Source: Vicugna vicugna (taxonomy: Eukaryota). Taken from it: DNA of 64,000 nucleotides. How positions within the stretch are numbered: the stretch's first letter is position 1; every line of letters starts with the position of its first letter. A program made the position numbers and the translations under genes. The DNA lies in contig MU058444.1 of assembly GCA_013265495.1 (NCBI GenBank), positions 992,001 through 1,056,000 of the forward strand, in the 5' to 3' direction. The notes under the pieces are model-generated. The model was not told the origin of the DNA and did no database searches. It worked only from the letters and a program-made list of their open reading frames with translations. Positions 38,301-52,115 of the stretch are shown here, one piece after another.

Positions 38301-41020
38301 AGGAGAGTGTAGAGATGGAGCCGGAACCTTCTATGGGTTACGAGAGACTGAAGGTCTCAGCTCGCTCTGGCACTGTGGCTTACAGGGAACCCTTCAAAGA
38401 TGCTGCCAGGGGCCCTGTCATTGGAAGACCCACGAAGTTTTCACCCTGGGATTTGCGTCCAGTTTGGGGCTCAGACATCAAACCTACTGCAATGAAAAGT
38501 GAGTGATAATAAAAGACAATCAAAATTCTCTAATTATCTCTGGAAGGCTTTCCACATGCTGTACAAGGAAGGAAAGGGGGAAAAAGTGAGAAAATGGAGA
38601 AGAAAGAAAGAAAAAAGAGCAAAGTAAAGGAAGAAGATTACAATATAGGAAAAACTGTTGCTGTTTTTGCTTTGCTGAATATTTAAAGTTGAGAAGTAAT
38701 TTCTCTTTAAATATTTTTCACGTTTCTTTCAAAGCCATGCTTACGAATTTCCTGTGTTCTGTTAATATTTTCCAATAGTCTCTACAGCTTTTCCTGTAAA
38801 TTATTTTTGTATTAACTTATTTTGGGGGTTTCAATGGATCACTGTACTCCAAGCCATCGATCATTTTAAACTTTAGATCATTTTTTGGCCTCACAGTAAA
38901 ACCCAAAAGATGACAAATTTGAGATCTAGTGAAAATTTTTCATATTTTCCACCTAAGTCCCATTTTTTTTTATTCCAGATTACTTGCCACTTTCTGAATA
39001 TGTTCATTTGATAATGTATCTTAAATGGCACTTTTATCATTCAAATAATCATTGAAGATATTACAGAACCCTTGAGGAATTACAGAAAACATTACAAGTT
39101 GACACTAACACTTCAAAATTTCTCAAACTGTCGTTACTTTAAAAACTTTTATTTGCTGTTCTTAGCTCACAACGGGAATACAGCACCGTTATTAAAATTG
39201 TATTTAAATTGTTATTAAAATTGATTAAAAATCGTAACATTCTTTTCCAGGCTTTCAGTGAGTTTTTATTCCTACTGAGTGACTATAAAATGAATTTATC
39301 AAGCACATGTTTTACAACCATGTGGAGCCTTGATTTTACCACTATATTGTTGGAATTGGGGTTAGAAAAGCACTGTCTATAATCATTTGTTTCATTAATT
39401 CGGAATGAATAAGGTGAGTTATCCACTTTGGTAAAAAAAAAAAAAAGTATTGCTTATAAATACCGTTTTGAAACCAATTTGTCTTTCCTAAAATGTGCAG
39501 ACTGTGCTTGTCTTCCTGGGACAGAAGTAGAGAGTTATGTACAGTTAAGTGCCTATGAAGCCACGTTGTCATTGGGTGAAAATGAGTCAACTTTTCATTA
39601 TGAAAAAAAATACCTAAAAACTTAATCTCTCCAATTAGAACACTTAATATCAAAGTTCCCCCAATGTGAGAAAGCTCAAAAACAAATGCACCGGCATACC
39701 TCACCGGCCGCTGCATGAAAAGCACTTCATAATTACTGGGACTTTTATGTGCTGGGGCTTGATTTATATTTTGGACACAGGGAAGCCTGGGAAGCCTTGT
39801 TCTTTGAAGTCATCAGAGAGGGTGACAGTGACTCATCGATTCCTGAAAGCCAGGAAAATACTCCTAGTTCATGAATTTATGTGTTTTCTCTTCCCCAGAC
39901 TTAATGAACATTGCAACTAGTCACTGACAGGAAACCAAAATATCTTAAGGGAAAGGGGGAGAGTAAGAATTCAAGGACTTAAAAACACAGAAATAAAAAC
40001 GTGTATGCTCACGCCCGTGCACGCAAGTGCGCACGCGTTTTGGGGGTTGCATTACATGACTGATACGATTTTAATGCATCCCTGGTACTTTTATGCAGGG
40101 TTAAGAAGATACCTTCCAAACTTTAGAAATGCCAAGAACACTGGATCTAAGGCCTTGACCTTGCCAAAGTCAAGACCTGTTTTTGGCTATCCTCTGTGTA
40201 AATGAAACAGCGAAGCAGAGAAGATGAATACACCAGGACTGAGAACGTCCTTGAGTTAACATCCATGTAGGAAGGAGCACCCCTTAGGTGACTGATCCCT
40301 GTAGCATGATTTGTTTTCTTTGAATAGACTCAATATATTCCTGCTTTAGAGTCTTCGCAATTCCTAGCACCCCTCCCCCACCCTCTCCCGAGTGGTTCCG
40401 GCTCAGCTGACATCGTCGCATCTTCAGGAAACGTCTCTAAGGAGGCCAGTCTGAATCCCTACCCACCTAGGTTGCCATCCCATTTCATTTCGGTCATAGA
40501 ACTGATTTCTATTAGCAATGATACTGCTGGTTTGTCTGTTCATTTTCCTGTCATCTCCCTTAAGTAACATGTTAAGTTCCCCAAGAGTACTTCCTTTATT
40601 TATTTTTTGTCTTTGCAGCTGGAATACTTTAGATAGAAGTACATTTTTTTAACTATCAGCATTGGTGAATTTATTTGTATCAATTTAAATTTATATCCAA
40701 TTTCTTTAAATTTCTTCTATATACAATTATAAAAAAAAGGAACCTCAATAATTTGAATTATGATTGTGATCGTTTTGTTCAATATCTTCAGGTACACACA
40801 CATTAAAATAAATATTATTTAGTTACTAAAGTAATGATGGTGGGAGACCATTTGTAAAATCTCTCCCCAGCACTGTAATCCTCTTGATGTTACCGTGAAA
40901 CCATCTTTTGGAAGAGCAAATGAGATTTACAAACTGTGGCAGTTTTTTCTTTTTTCCCAAGGAAGTTACATAAATACGCTTCTAAATAACACGCTATGCT
41001 TCTGCGATTACAGAGGAGAA

Positions 41021-41092
41021 CGTGTAACGTGCAAAGCCCGTGTAACTTGCAAAGCCCGTGTAACGAACAAAGCCCATGTAACGTGCAAAGAC
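41021..41092. repeat. 18-bp minisatellite, 4 copies
   Basis: CGTGTAACGTGCAAAGCC / CGTGTAACTTGCAAAGCC / CGTGTAACGAACAAAGCC / CATGTAACGTGCAAAGAC. Confidence 0.95.
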
Positions 41093-43032
41093 TGTGAAAC
41101 AACAAAGCACCGACCTAAGCCCTCTTTGTTTCAAAGAGATTGTTAGCCTTTTTTTTTTTTTTAATATTTGTATAAAACTCTAAGGTAGCATGTGTCCATT
41201 TGGGTCCTGGATGGGATAAGAGAAATGAGACTAAATGTTACCATGACTCCGTACTTTCTGCAAAAAAAACAAAAAAACAAACAAACAAAAAAGGAGGCGG
41301 CGGGTAATCATACCCCCATTAGAGTCCCGGATGTTTCAGGAATACCCACAGAGCCTCAGCTTTAGGAATCCCTTGTCATTTCCCCACAATCAGTGACTTA
41401 ACGCCAATTCTGGCACACTCGATGGTGCAGGCAGTTGAAAATAAAATCACATTTTTAGGTGGAACCCAGTAGCAAAGCTGATAATAGCTGGATAGTTCCA
41501 GGCACTTCATTTAATGGCAAATAAGAGAAACAATAAACTCTTTGCCTAAATTCTGGTTCTCGGTTTCCAAAAATAGCCATCAAATTATATAGTCTGAAAA
41601 GTCAAAGCACAGTCTTGCCCAGAGATGGAAGGAGTTGCTAATTCCAGCAGACCTGTGGCCAGTTGATAAATGATGCTATCAATGTTTCTCATTATTGTGA
41701 ATCAAGTGAGTTACAGTAGAATTTACACGCTAGGCTTTTTGGAGCAGTTATATGGCCCTAATTACACAACTCTTCAGCAACGGCATTTGTCCCGCACCAC
41801 ACCACCTTAGCTAACCCCATAACAACCTGTGTGAAAGGGCTCTCATTCACTCCTCTTCCCAGGGAGTAGAATTTAGTACTAGAGAGTCTTTACTGTGCTC
41901 GTTGTTTGAATAGATTTACATATTACCACTTGGCCTCTCCATTCCTGAACAGTAAGTAGATATAATGCTCTGTTCTCCATTTTCATTTTGCCTTTGCTAG
42001 CGCATCTGTGCTAGTATGCAGAGCAAGTTGGAAAAATACACGCGTAATTTAATGAAAACACAAATTCTCATGCACTTGTTTTCTTTGTAAACTCAATTGA
42101 AAGGGACCAGAGTTTCAATGACTAATCAACACTGCGTCAGCGACCTAAAACTCATTGTAGGTACCTGACCACGGAGACCAGAGGAAGAGCCAAGCCTGGC
42201 GTAGATTTTCTGGTAAACAGAGTTCATGAGACTTCTCTGAGCGCTGAGTGTTCATCAGCAACAGTGACAGGATCGACAGAATTTTGGTTGGAATTCATGC
42301 AAATATATTTTTGTCATCCAAATGGAGGTAAAGTCAACATAGAGAAGCAGAGAATTCCATCCAACCATAGCAGCAAAAGGCACCCACGAAAATAAAGCAG
42401 CCTGAACCAACACCCCGGTTTTCTAGGACTTATCTGATTTGGAGCTATTTCCTTCTCTTATTTCATTCAGCAAACATTTATTGAACACCCATACCGTGTA
42501 ACCTGTTCTATTACATCCTGTGGAGGAAATACAGAGCGAACGAGGCATGGTCCTGACCTACAAGGAATTTCTAATCTTGTGGGAGAGGCTGACATGTAAG
42601 CAGTAGTCCGTAGTGTCAGGGTTATTGAAGAGGCACATGCTAAGAATTAGAACATAAAAACGTAAAAGTTGGATCTGACCTGGGGTAGGAAGTCCTTCCC
42701 CACCAGGGAGGTACCGTTTGAGGTTTTGCAGACATGTGAGTAGAATTTTGAAAAGTTCCAAAGGATGAAAAGAAATCACACCCAAGTAGATGAAGTAGTA
42801 AGAATAAATTTATGGTTACTCTCAGATCTATAAGTAACTGGGATGAAAATGTCACTCAGGGAAGTTCAGCGAAACGCAGGCTCTCAAGACAATTTGGGGG
42901 AAATTTCAAGTAATGGAGACCTCAAGGAATCTCCTTTGATGCTCACCATTGCTTTCATGGACTACTTTATTTTGGGCATATCTGCCAAGGCTCATCTGTG
43001 TTTTTTATCATGGTGGATGGGATTTAAAAAAA

Positions 43033-43548
43033 AATTTTTCAATTGGAGTAGAGTCAGTTACAATGTGTCAACTTCTGGTGCACAGCACAATGCCCCAGGC
43101 ATGATATACATATATAGATTCATTTTCATATTATTTTTCATTAAAGGTTATTTCAAGGTATTGAATATAGTTCCCTGTGCTCTACAGAAGAAACTTGTTG
43201 TTTTTTTAATCTATTTTTATATATAGTGGCTAACATTTGCAAATTTCAAACCCCCAAATGTATCCATTCCCACCTCCTTTCCCCTGGTAACCGTGAGACT
43301 GTTTACCATATCTGCGGCTCACTTTCTGTTTTATAGATGAGTTCATTAGTGTCCCCTTTTTTCTTTTTTTTAGATTCCACATATGAATGATATCATATGG
43401 TATTTTTCTTTCTATTTCTGGCTTACTTCTCTTAGAATGACAATCTCTAGGTCCATTCATGTTGCTGCAAATGGCATTATTTTATTCTTTTTTAGGCTGA
43501 GTAGTATTTCATTGTATGAATATACCACAATTCCTTTATCCAAGTCAT
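43033..43548 (-). mobile_element. LINE-1 3' end
   Basis: tagattccacatatgaatgatatcatatggtattttt...catgttgctgcaaatggcattattttattc; antisense homolog of the 9740-10130 and 17400-17585 copies. Confidence 0.9.
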
Positions 43549-46500
43549 TTATGATTGCATTTTAAAAGTTTGAAATCCCTGTAGTTATTTAAAAATGAGT
43601 CCTAATGAATCAGAGCTTCCCAAAGGGAAGATGAATCTGGGAAAATGGTGAGAATGGCTTGGCCTTATGAGATCAGGCAGTGGGAGGCCAGTCAGGAGCC
43701 TGTTAAGAATCTTTGGGAAAGTGATTATGAGGATAAAACCGATACAGTGGAATGGAATATGAAAAAAATGAAACAAATATGAGACACTCTGGAAATAGAA
43801 ATCCCCATATCTGGTGAGTTGAGAGGAACAGAACAGAATCTTCTGATTAGTAGAAGGTGATGGCCAAAGAAAGCACAATGATTGTCTCATTTGTGTTTTT
43901 TCTTAACATAGACAGGAAATACAGAAAGCAAATCAAGTGTTGTGAGTGGAGGGGTCAGGATGAATTTCGCCAAGGCAGGTTGAGTTTGCTTTGTTACAGC
44001 AGTATCTGTATGACACATGAAGACATCCAGTAATAAGTAGGGCTTGTCCCCACCCTGTGCCATTCATAGCTAGTTCGCTACTGAGAGATTTGTTTTCTTT
44101 GTGACTCTGCAGGCAACATACACAGTTTATGTGAGAATTATTTAGACTTCCAGAGTAATTTAAAGTATACAAAGGTACATAAACGTCTTAATGGGTACCT
44201 TGAGTGACAAGATCTTTTTTGCAACACTAAATACATTCATAGGTTCAAAACTTTTATTGTATGCCTATAGCAGCAAACAAAATGGACAAAACTCATTCTT
44301 GTAGGAAATTTATCCTCCAGTGGTGATATTTAGGATGTATTTTGACAGTCGACCCAACAGGATTTACTGATGGGTTGCATATGGGTGTGAGAGAAAGAGG
44401 GAAGTCAACATTTTCATGCCAGGTAGGTGGGTGGTGGTACTATTATTGAGATGTGGGATCCTGTGGGAGCTGCAGGTTTGATCTAGGGAAGGAGAGAGAA
44501 TCAGAAGTTTGATGTCAGACACCCTAAATTTGAGCTAGTACTCGTAAGCATGTTGTGAACGTTTCAATTTGCCATCAGGAGTTCAAGTAAAAAGTCAAGC
44601 CAGGTGAAATAAACCCGAGATTTATAATCAACATCATCCTTTATGTTCATACCTTTTAACATATTCCCCACAGATATGGAAGCCTCTAGAAGGAACTATA
44701 CGGTGAATTTGAAAAATGTATTTCTTGCAGATTATTTGACTCTTGTTTTTTTTTCCTGTATGAAATCATCACACCTCTATTTGCTTAAATCTCAAAAAGG
44801 GTCACCTTGAACTGTGCATTAAAATACAAAAATGAAAACCAAAAACTGAGGTTCATGGTAATAATTTTGATTTCAGTGCCTACGTATGACTTACCGAGTC
44901 AGAATTTTGGAGGTGGTAACTCTAGAATCCACATTTCGGATAGGGTGCCAGTACCCTGAATGTCAGCTTCCCTGTTACAGGGAAGAGCAGAGGTAAGTCT
45001 GCTCTCCTTTGAGACCCACCCTCCTATTTGCAGAGGCCGACATGAAAGGCAGGTGCTTTCACATTTGACACAAATTCCATTGCGTCAATAAAGACTTATC
45101 ACAGGAGAGAAGATTAAAAGACCTGCCTTGAAATGGGATTAGGCAGAAAAACAAGAAAATGAGCCAAAAAGATCAATAGGAGGACTTAAAGGAGAGAAAG
45201 GAACGGTTAAAGGTGTGGGAGCCCCCAGATTACTCTCAGTGATAGTTTTGAAGTCATACTTAGGGATAATATTTTAAGGCAAAGTATCTGTGGGCACAGT
45301 GACAATTTATTATTGCAGTAAACAGTACACATTTGTTGTTATACAATTTTACCAAAAAAAAAAAAAAAGGACATTTCAGAAGTCTGGCATGGTAAGCAGA
45401 ATTCACTGCATACAGAATTAGTATTGCAAAGGCTTAGGAACATTCTAGAGAAAAATTGAAAAAGCAGTAGTGAAAAGGTTTTTTTTCTCTAGTATTTCTT
45501 AATTTATGATTTTTCCATATGGAGTCACTGTTTCAGGATAAAAGCAAAATGTACTTCCTTTTACTGTGTATTCTTAAACCATTAAATAAGTTCTACATAT
45601 AATACTATGCATAATAAATGTGGTTCCCTCAGTTATGTCATGGAGAGAATTGGAAAGTTGCAATGAAAATAAAAGGTGTTCAACCACACAGAAGGACGTA
45701 AAGGCCTAGCTTTGATTTTGATGCAGTGGTGCTGATTTATTAAATTACAAACGTCAGTTGTTGGTCAGAGAGTAAATACTAGGGTTATGTGACGTTCTAA
45801 AAACATCAAACACTTTTCGGCAATAATATCGAAGGTATGGAAACCCTGAACGGACATGGATTAAGACAGTGAATACAAACTCTCCTCCAAGGACTTGTCC
45901 ACTCTAAGATTTTAGAAATGCAAATTTTCACTGAATTATCCTTAATCCTCTGTTTGGAAACATGGAGGAAATAATGACACTTAGCAACCCATATCTAATC
46001 CATTTCAGGCAGCTGGTTTTCTCTCTTTTTCTTCAATACATTGGAGTTTGCAAATACTCTACCTCCAAGGAGTGGGTGTTGCGAAAATGTTTTGAAAGAT
46101 TTATAAGACTTGCAGTATATTTGGCTATAGTAGGTTAGAGAAGAGAGGTTTTTACTTTGGGCTTCAGATTTGGAGTATGTATTCAGATTTGGAATATGAA
46201 AGTCTAATTCTTTTCCTGTATATATACACACACACAAAATCCTGTGTTTTCTGACATGTATTTTAAGAAATGATTAGCAACATTAGTTATAGATCTTTTG
46301 ATTCTAATTTATGTGCAATTCAGTCTACTCAAATTTAAAGCATCCACTTTCAGTTCAACAAAAATATTTAGAGTCTATCTTGGCTTTTATTAAGAAAGCC
46401 ATTATCTTCAACTTTCCCACGAGCAGATCCTGAAAATTATTATTTTGTGTTTACTTAGAGTATTGATAATGAAGATAAGTGTTGATTGATAAACCCTTTT

Positions 46501-49259
46501 AAACTCATTCATTAGTAAACCTGACTGCCTTCCTCCTTTGCAGAGAGTCTCTAAATTCTGTATGTTAGTCTGTACGCCCTGAGTATAAGAAAGGAACGGG
46601 GTATATGCTGTAGTTCCAATGCTCATTTTTTAAATTCAACATTATAGTTAAGTGCTTAAATTTCTACTTTTGGTGTTGTGTGAGTATAAGAAAACATGAT
46701 CTGTGCTCAGATTTAAGAAATGAAGAAAATTTATTGAAGGTTTCTGGACTATGGTTGCAGGGTTGTAGGGACTGATTCATTTGGAAGGTCATAGAGGACC
46801 ATTTTCTTGAGAGACAATGTCAACATTGTGCAGCCTGGACCCTGATGCTCTGCAGAGATCCGGTGTGGGTGGTGAGCCACTGCTGAATGGATGTAAATTA
46901 AATCTGAATAATGGGCGAGCATCCATCCATCCATTCACTCATGAAACGACTGTTGATCATGCATTTATTGACTCTTGACTCTAGAAGGACCAGAGATCAA
47001 GAAGATATCATCATTGTCCCCAGGGAGTGAATAGTCTCCCGGAAAGGACTGAAATGTATGCATTGAAGAAAAGGGCAATGTGCTATCTATTATTAAAGAG
47101 ATACGAACAGAGGTACTGAAATACAGGACCATGGGTATAAAATGGGTGAAAAGGACACATTAACAGGGGAGGTTGGGGCATCAGGGCAGTGGGTAACAGG
47201 AGGAACAAAATATGAAGCAAAAAGTGCTATAGAGGCAGGGTGAATACAAACGAGATTTTGGCCACCTCCAGCTTTTGGTAGCCTCAGAGTCACACATACA
47301 AAAGCCTTTGTCCTTGAGAATTTGTTTTCCCTTCCACTCCCAGCAGCAAGCAACCCTTAGGTGGCGAAGCAAGGTTTGCGAAGGAACTCCCGTTGTCCCC
47401 ATTGCAACCTCCTGCTTAGCTCTGAGACTTGATCAAAGTATCATTATCTCCAAATTTCTCATCAAATGTAATAGTTTGGTTGTTTTATGCTTCCTTTCTT
47501 TTAAATTGATTTTTAAAAGTAAGTCATTCAGAGTTAGCATCACTAATTTGAGCTGTGTAGGAATCCAGCACTACAGAGTTAATCCCATTAAAGTGTAAGT
47601 GGTAACCACGCCTTTCTGGCTTCACATGTCCTTTCCTCCCCTGTTCATGTCTTAAGACTGATTCTCAACTTACCACCTCAACCATGGAGCATAAATGAGT
47701 GAAAAACCTTAAGTCAACTGTCTGCCCCTATAACACCAGGCAAAGGTTTATTTTTTTCCATAGCAGACTTAAAAGTAGCACCTTAAATAAGTTTTTGTTT
47801 CATTTGTCTAAATTACCTTTATTTTCCATGGTCAACAGATAATTGACTTAAAAGAATTTTATCTCCTACATTTGAATGATTAACAACCGTATTAGGAACA
47901 GGAAGTAGAATCTTACAAATCTTAAAATGGAAGTTCCAATAGCTAGCTTAAATGTTTGGGTTTTACTTCTTTGCAGTAGCTTTAGGATGTATATGATATT
48001 ATTGGAAATATTGTTTACTTGCAAGCTCATTTACTTGAAATTCCAATAGGAGGAAATATTTTATGTTGCTAAGTAATTGACTTCCCTTTAACAGAGAATA
48101 TTGCTTTATTATTCAACAATAGTAAAAGAAATACTTGTTCTTTTATATTATAACCCATTTCGCCATCCAGTTACTGGAATTTTGAAAATGATTTGAAATA
48201 TAATTAAATGTGAACACTCAGTTTCAAATTTCAAATCGGATAATATATCTGAGATGGTAACTGTTCTCTAACTATGGGTTGTTCCTACTTCACTATAAAC
48301 AGTATAGGACTTAAAATATTAATCATAAAGTCTAACTTTATAACAAACACGATGACAAAGTCATCGAAATAGACTTGAGATTTACTTTGGGAGATTCTGT
48401 TCTGTTCTGTTCAGCTTCCCAATATTCCATTTTTGTAAGCTTCATAGTTAATTTTGTGTCTTTGTCACTGAGTGGGCTAGAAATATGACTACCGGGACAC
48501 AAAACAATAAGATACTAACGACAGTTCTTTATCACAAATCTGGTGCTTTTTTAATGAGAGAAATATTGGCTTCTTGGATATCTATAAGACAAAAAAAGTA
48601 GGACTTTTAATGAAAGTATAATCACATGGAAAGATAAAATTAGGAAAAAAACCAAACATGGAGTGATTCATATAAAATCTTTAAAAATCTCATAATGCAG
48701 ACAGAGACACATTGTTACCTCTAGTCACGTTTTTCAACAAAATTAGCACCAAAATTACTGTGGAAATAATAATTATGAAGTTATTCACTTTCAGAATAAA
48801 GGGCAGGAAGAGAAGAATGAATGGCGAGGGTGCCCAGTAACAGTATAGAACAGAAACAGTAAATGAAGAGAAAATGAAAAGCCAATAGGATATTGACTTT
48901 TTTTTAAAAGACAGAAATATCACAATATGAAACACCTCAGGAAGGAAAACATCAAACACACAAAAAAACCCAAAATAATAAAATAAAGGGAAAGCATACC
49001 AAAATGACTTGAAGACAGACTTAAAACTTTTGAAATGTATCTAGGTAACCGTGTCCTGAGGAGAGTCCTGTATCAAGACGTTCTGGGTACCCGCTACTGA
49101 AGAGAAACCAAAGGGAATGGCTCACATTTAAATCAGACAGAATCAGGGAAGCAGATACAAGCATAGTAAGAAGACAGAAGATGCAAAGAAACATGATCCT
49201 CTATATCTCAGCAATGCCTAAACTGTCAAGAGGTAAAATTGTCACTACAGCATAGGGAT

Positions 49260-49800
49260 CTGTAACAGACACCTGCTGCTTTTTGTCTTCCCAGAAACAA
49301 TGTCCTTTCTTCTGCGCATCTCAGCACGAGCCCTGTCTTTGGGGAAACTTACTCTACCATTCCATGTCCACGCGGTGGGGCGGGGGAAGGAACTGTCAAT
49401 CACAGGACACCCCCCCCTTCCTCAGAGACAGAAAGGGCCAGTCTTTCTCCACCCCCAACCACCACGCTTGGCCAAAGGCTAATAACTTGATTCAAATGGA
49501 GATAGATGTTTTTCTGTTGGATTATACGTATCATTTATGGGAGATAAGTGAACTTTTTTTTTTTCATTTAAGAGTTTTCTACTACAGATAATTAGACTTA
49601 GACTTGCCTAACACCTTTCTTTGGACACATCGAGGAAAATCACTTACAGTAGCAGAATTAGGCCAGCAGAGACAGACCGAGAGGTGGAGAGAGACTTGGT
49701 GATATTGTTGGACTCCTTAGACCTCCCTCCTTCCAAGGAAGATGAACTTTATTTTGTTGACATTCATTAGATTTGGGTGGTTGGACTGCAAAGTACGGAT
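49260..49800. mobile_element. Possible old MLT1 (MaLR) LTR
   Basis: tgtaacagacacctgctgc... start and MLT1-like internal motifs; heavily decayed. Confidence 0.4.
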
Positions 49801-50064
49801 TCAAACAGGAATCAGCCCACATCCTACAGGTCGTGAGAAGGAAGAAAGAGAAAGAAAATGAGAGTAAAAGGAAAAAAATGGAGAAAGAAAGTGAGAAGCT
49901 CTACCTTTATTTTCTGACATAGTGTACACTCGTCAGAGACTGATCTCCTCTAAGTTTATGTAAAAGGGTGAAGACGGTATACACATGCTCGTGGCCTGGG
50001 TGGTCCATCAGGAAGCCCCGGCTAACTGAGTCAAGGACGGTGCTGTTCCCCAGGAACCGCCCAC

Positions 50065-51412
50065 ATACCTAACCACATTGTAACAGGACCAGTACACCTG
50101 ATCTTTCTTACAACCCTAACCACAGCCAGCATCAACAATCCTACCTGTAAACTAATCTAACATTAACTCCACGACTAGATTCTGATCAAAGCCGTTAACC
50201 CCATCAACTCCTAAATCTGACCTGAAAACCAACCATGAAACTAAACCCAAACGTATCTCTAAACCTAAGTCTGAACTGATCACAATCCTACCTCTATACC
50301 CACCCATGAATCTAACCCCAATATATCTCCAACCCTAACGCTAACACTAACTCCAAACTTATCTCTAATCCTACCACTAACCATAAACCTAACCTTAACC
50401 TCAAACCTAACTAACATTAATCCTAACCCTAACCATAATCCTAACCTCAATTTACCTCTAATTCTAATTATAACCCAAACCCCAGCCTACCCCAATACTA
50501 GGTTTTATCCCAAATCTATGTCAGCCCCCAGCCATAACACAAATTATGATTTCACTTCTAACCCTAAACCTGACACTAAATATAGCCTCGAATTTACTCT
50601 CCAAGACTCTAAAACTACAAACAGTCCTGGATCTGGAATCCCAAACTTTACACTAATCTCAGTTCTACTGGTAATTCCAGCCCTAATAGTGGCAACAAAT
50701 GTAATTCTAATGTCATCTATAACCCTAAATCTAAACTAATCTCAGATCTAACTCTAATGCTAACACTAACCCCAATCCTACCTCTAACCAGAACCTTAAA
50801 AAATCCTGACCCTTTTCTTACCTAACGCTAACATAACCCGAAATCTAACTCGAACACTAATTATGAATCTAATCCTATGACTAAACCCAAAGCTACCTTT
50901 AACGCCTAACAAAAAAACTCAGGCTGACCTCTAAATGCACCCAACCTTAGCAAACTAATCTTAAACCTAATGTGAAACTTACCTCAAGCCTTAACCTTAA
51001 CAAAAACCCCAAATCCTACCTGTAGCCCGAATTTCAATCCTATCAGTAACCCCAACCCTGAAAGTAACCCCAACCCTTGTCTCTATCCCAACCCTAATAC
51101 TACCCACAGCCACATATTTCACACTAATCTTAAACTAACTTCTCAAGTTTAGTTTCTCACTAAAGTCTCTTAACTTCAAAACTATCCCTAAGCCTAACCC
51201 TAAACCATTAACCCCAATCCTATCTGTAACTGAATGACTAACTCTAAAACTAACCCCAAACCCATTTCTTACTCTAACCTTAAATTTAACTCCAGCACTA
51301 TCTCTAACTCTAACCCTAACATTAACCCCAAACCTACCTCTTAGCCTAACACGAACCCAAATCCTGCCTCTAACCCCAACCATAATTCCAAACCTGAGCC
51401 ATCACTTACCTT
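50065..51412. repeat. Degenerate interstitial telomere-like (CCCTAA)n array
   Basis: Persistent ~6-nt periodicity of NNYTAA/CTAACC variants; about ten exact CCCTAA hexamers by eye; strongly G-poor on + strand. Confidence 0.85.
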
Positions 51413-51609
51413 AGCGCCCACCAGTCCTCTTAGCATCACCACTTTGCTTTGTTCTCTTCTGCCCTCCCTCACTGTATTTTGATAATGAATCGGGCAAGAC
51501 TGTGGAGTCAGGGTCCAAGAACTACTGCATTATCCAGGATTTTCTCTTCTGAAAATGATAAAACACAGAAAACCAGCTAACAAAAAAAAGAAAGAAATGA
51601 GTGTGTATT

Positions 51610-52115
51610 GTGTTGGGTAGAGGGGCATTAATGGCTCAAGGAACTGGAAGTTCAGGATGCATTTTGTGGATACCTGGGTTCACAGGTCCCAAAACTGCCA
51701 TCAGGATCTGTTCTGTTTCCAACTCCAGACTCTTCTCTCTTCTCTGTTGGCTTCAAGCTTCCTGGGACAAGATGGCTGCCAACAACTCCAGGCCTGTGAC
51801 ACACTAGGGTCAACTCCAATGGAAAAAAGTCCTCCTCTTTGACTGGTTACTCAAGCCTAAATCCCAGGGTTGACTTGGATTGAGTCAAGGGCTTTGCCCG
51901 GGTCAGGCTGCCACCATGAAACAGCATGACTAAATTGAAATGATGCTCTGATGGCCCAGCTCGAAACCTCATGCCCACTCCCAGAAACAGGGCCAACAGC
52001 ACCGGATGCACATATACGAGGAGCAGGAGGCTTGGGGATGGTGGTTCACAAAAAAAAAGTCAGGTTACTATTAGCAGGAGAAAGAGGAGTGGATTCTGGA
52101 AGTCAAAAAGCACAA
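51610..52115 (-). mobile_element. Old MLT1 (J/K/L-like) LTR
   Basis: ggaactggaagttcagg...acaagatggctgccaacaactccaggc motifs typical of old MLT1 antisense. Confidence 0.55.

Noticed and set aside
41021..41092. Short direct repeats as a CRISPR array
   Set aside because: Units are head-to-tail with no spacers, no cas genes are present, and the context is a mammalian intron.
50011..50027. GGAAGCCCCGGCTAACT resembles a conserved bacterial 16S rRNA segment
   Set aside because: Only ~16 nt; the flanks do not continue the rRNA sequence, so this is best treated as chance.
50518..50739. 73-aa ORF with hydrophobic C-terminal stretch (apparent membrane micropeptide)
   Set aside because: Lies wholly in the degenerate hexamer array, whose CTA/ATC-rich frame yields Leu/Ile/Thr by composition.
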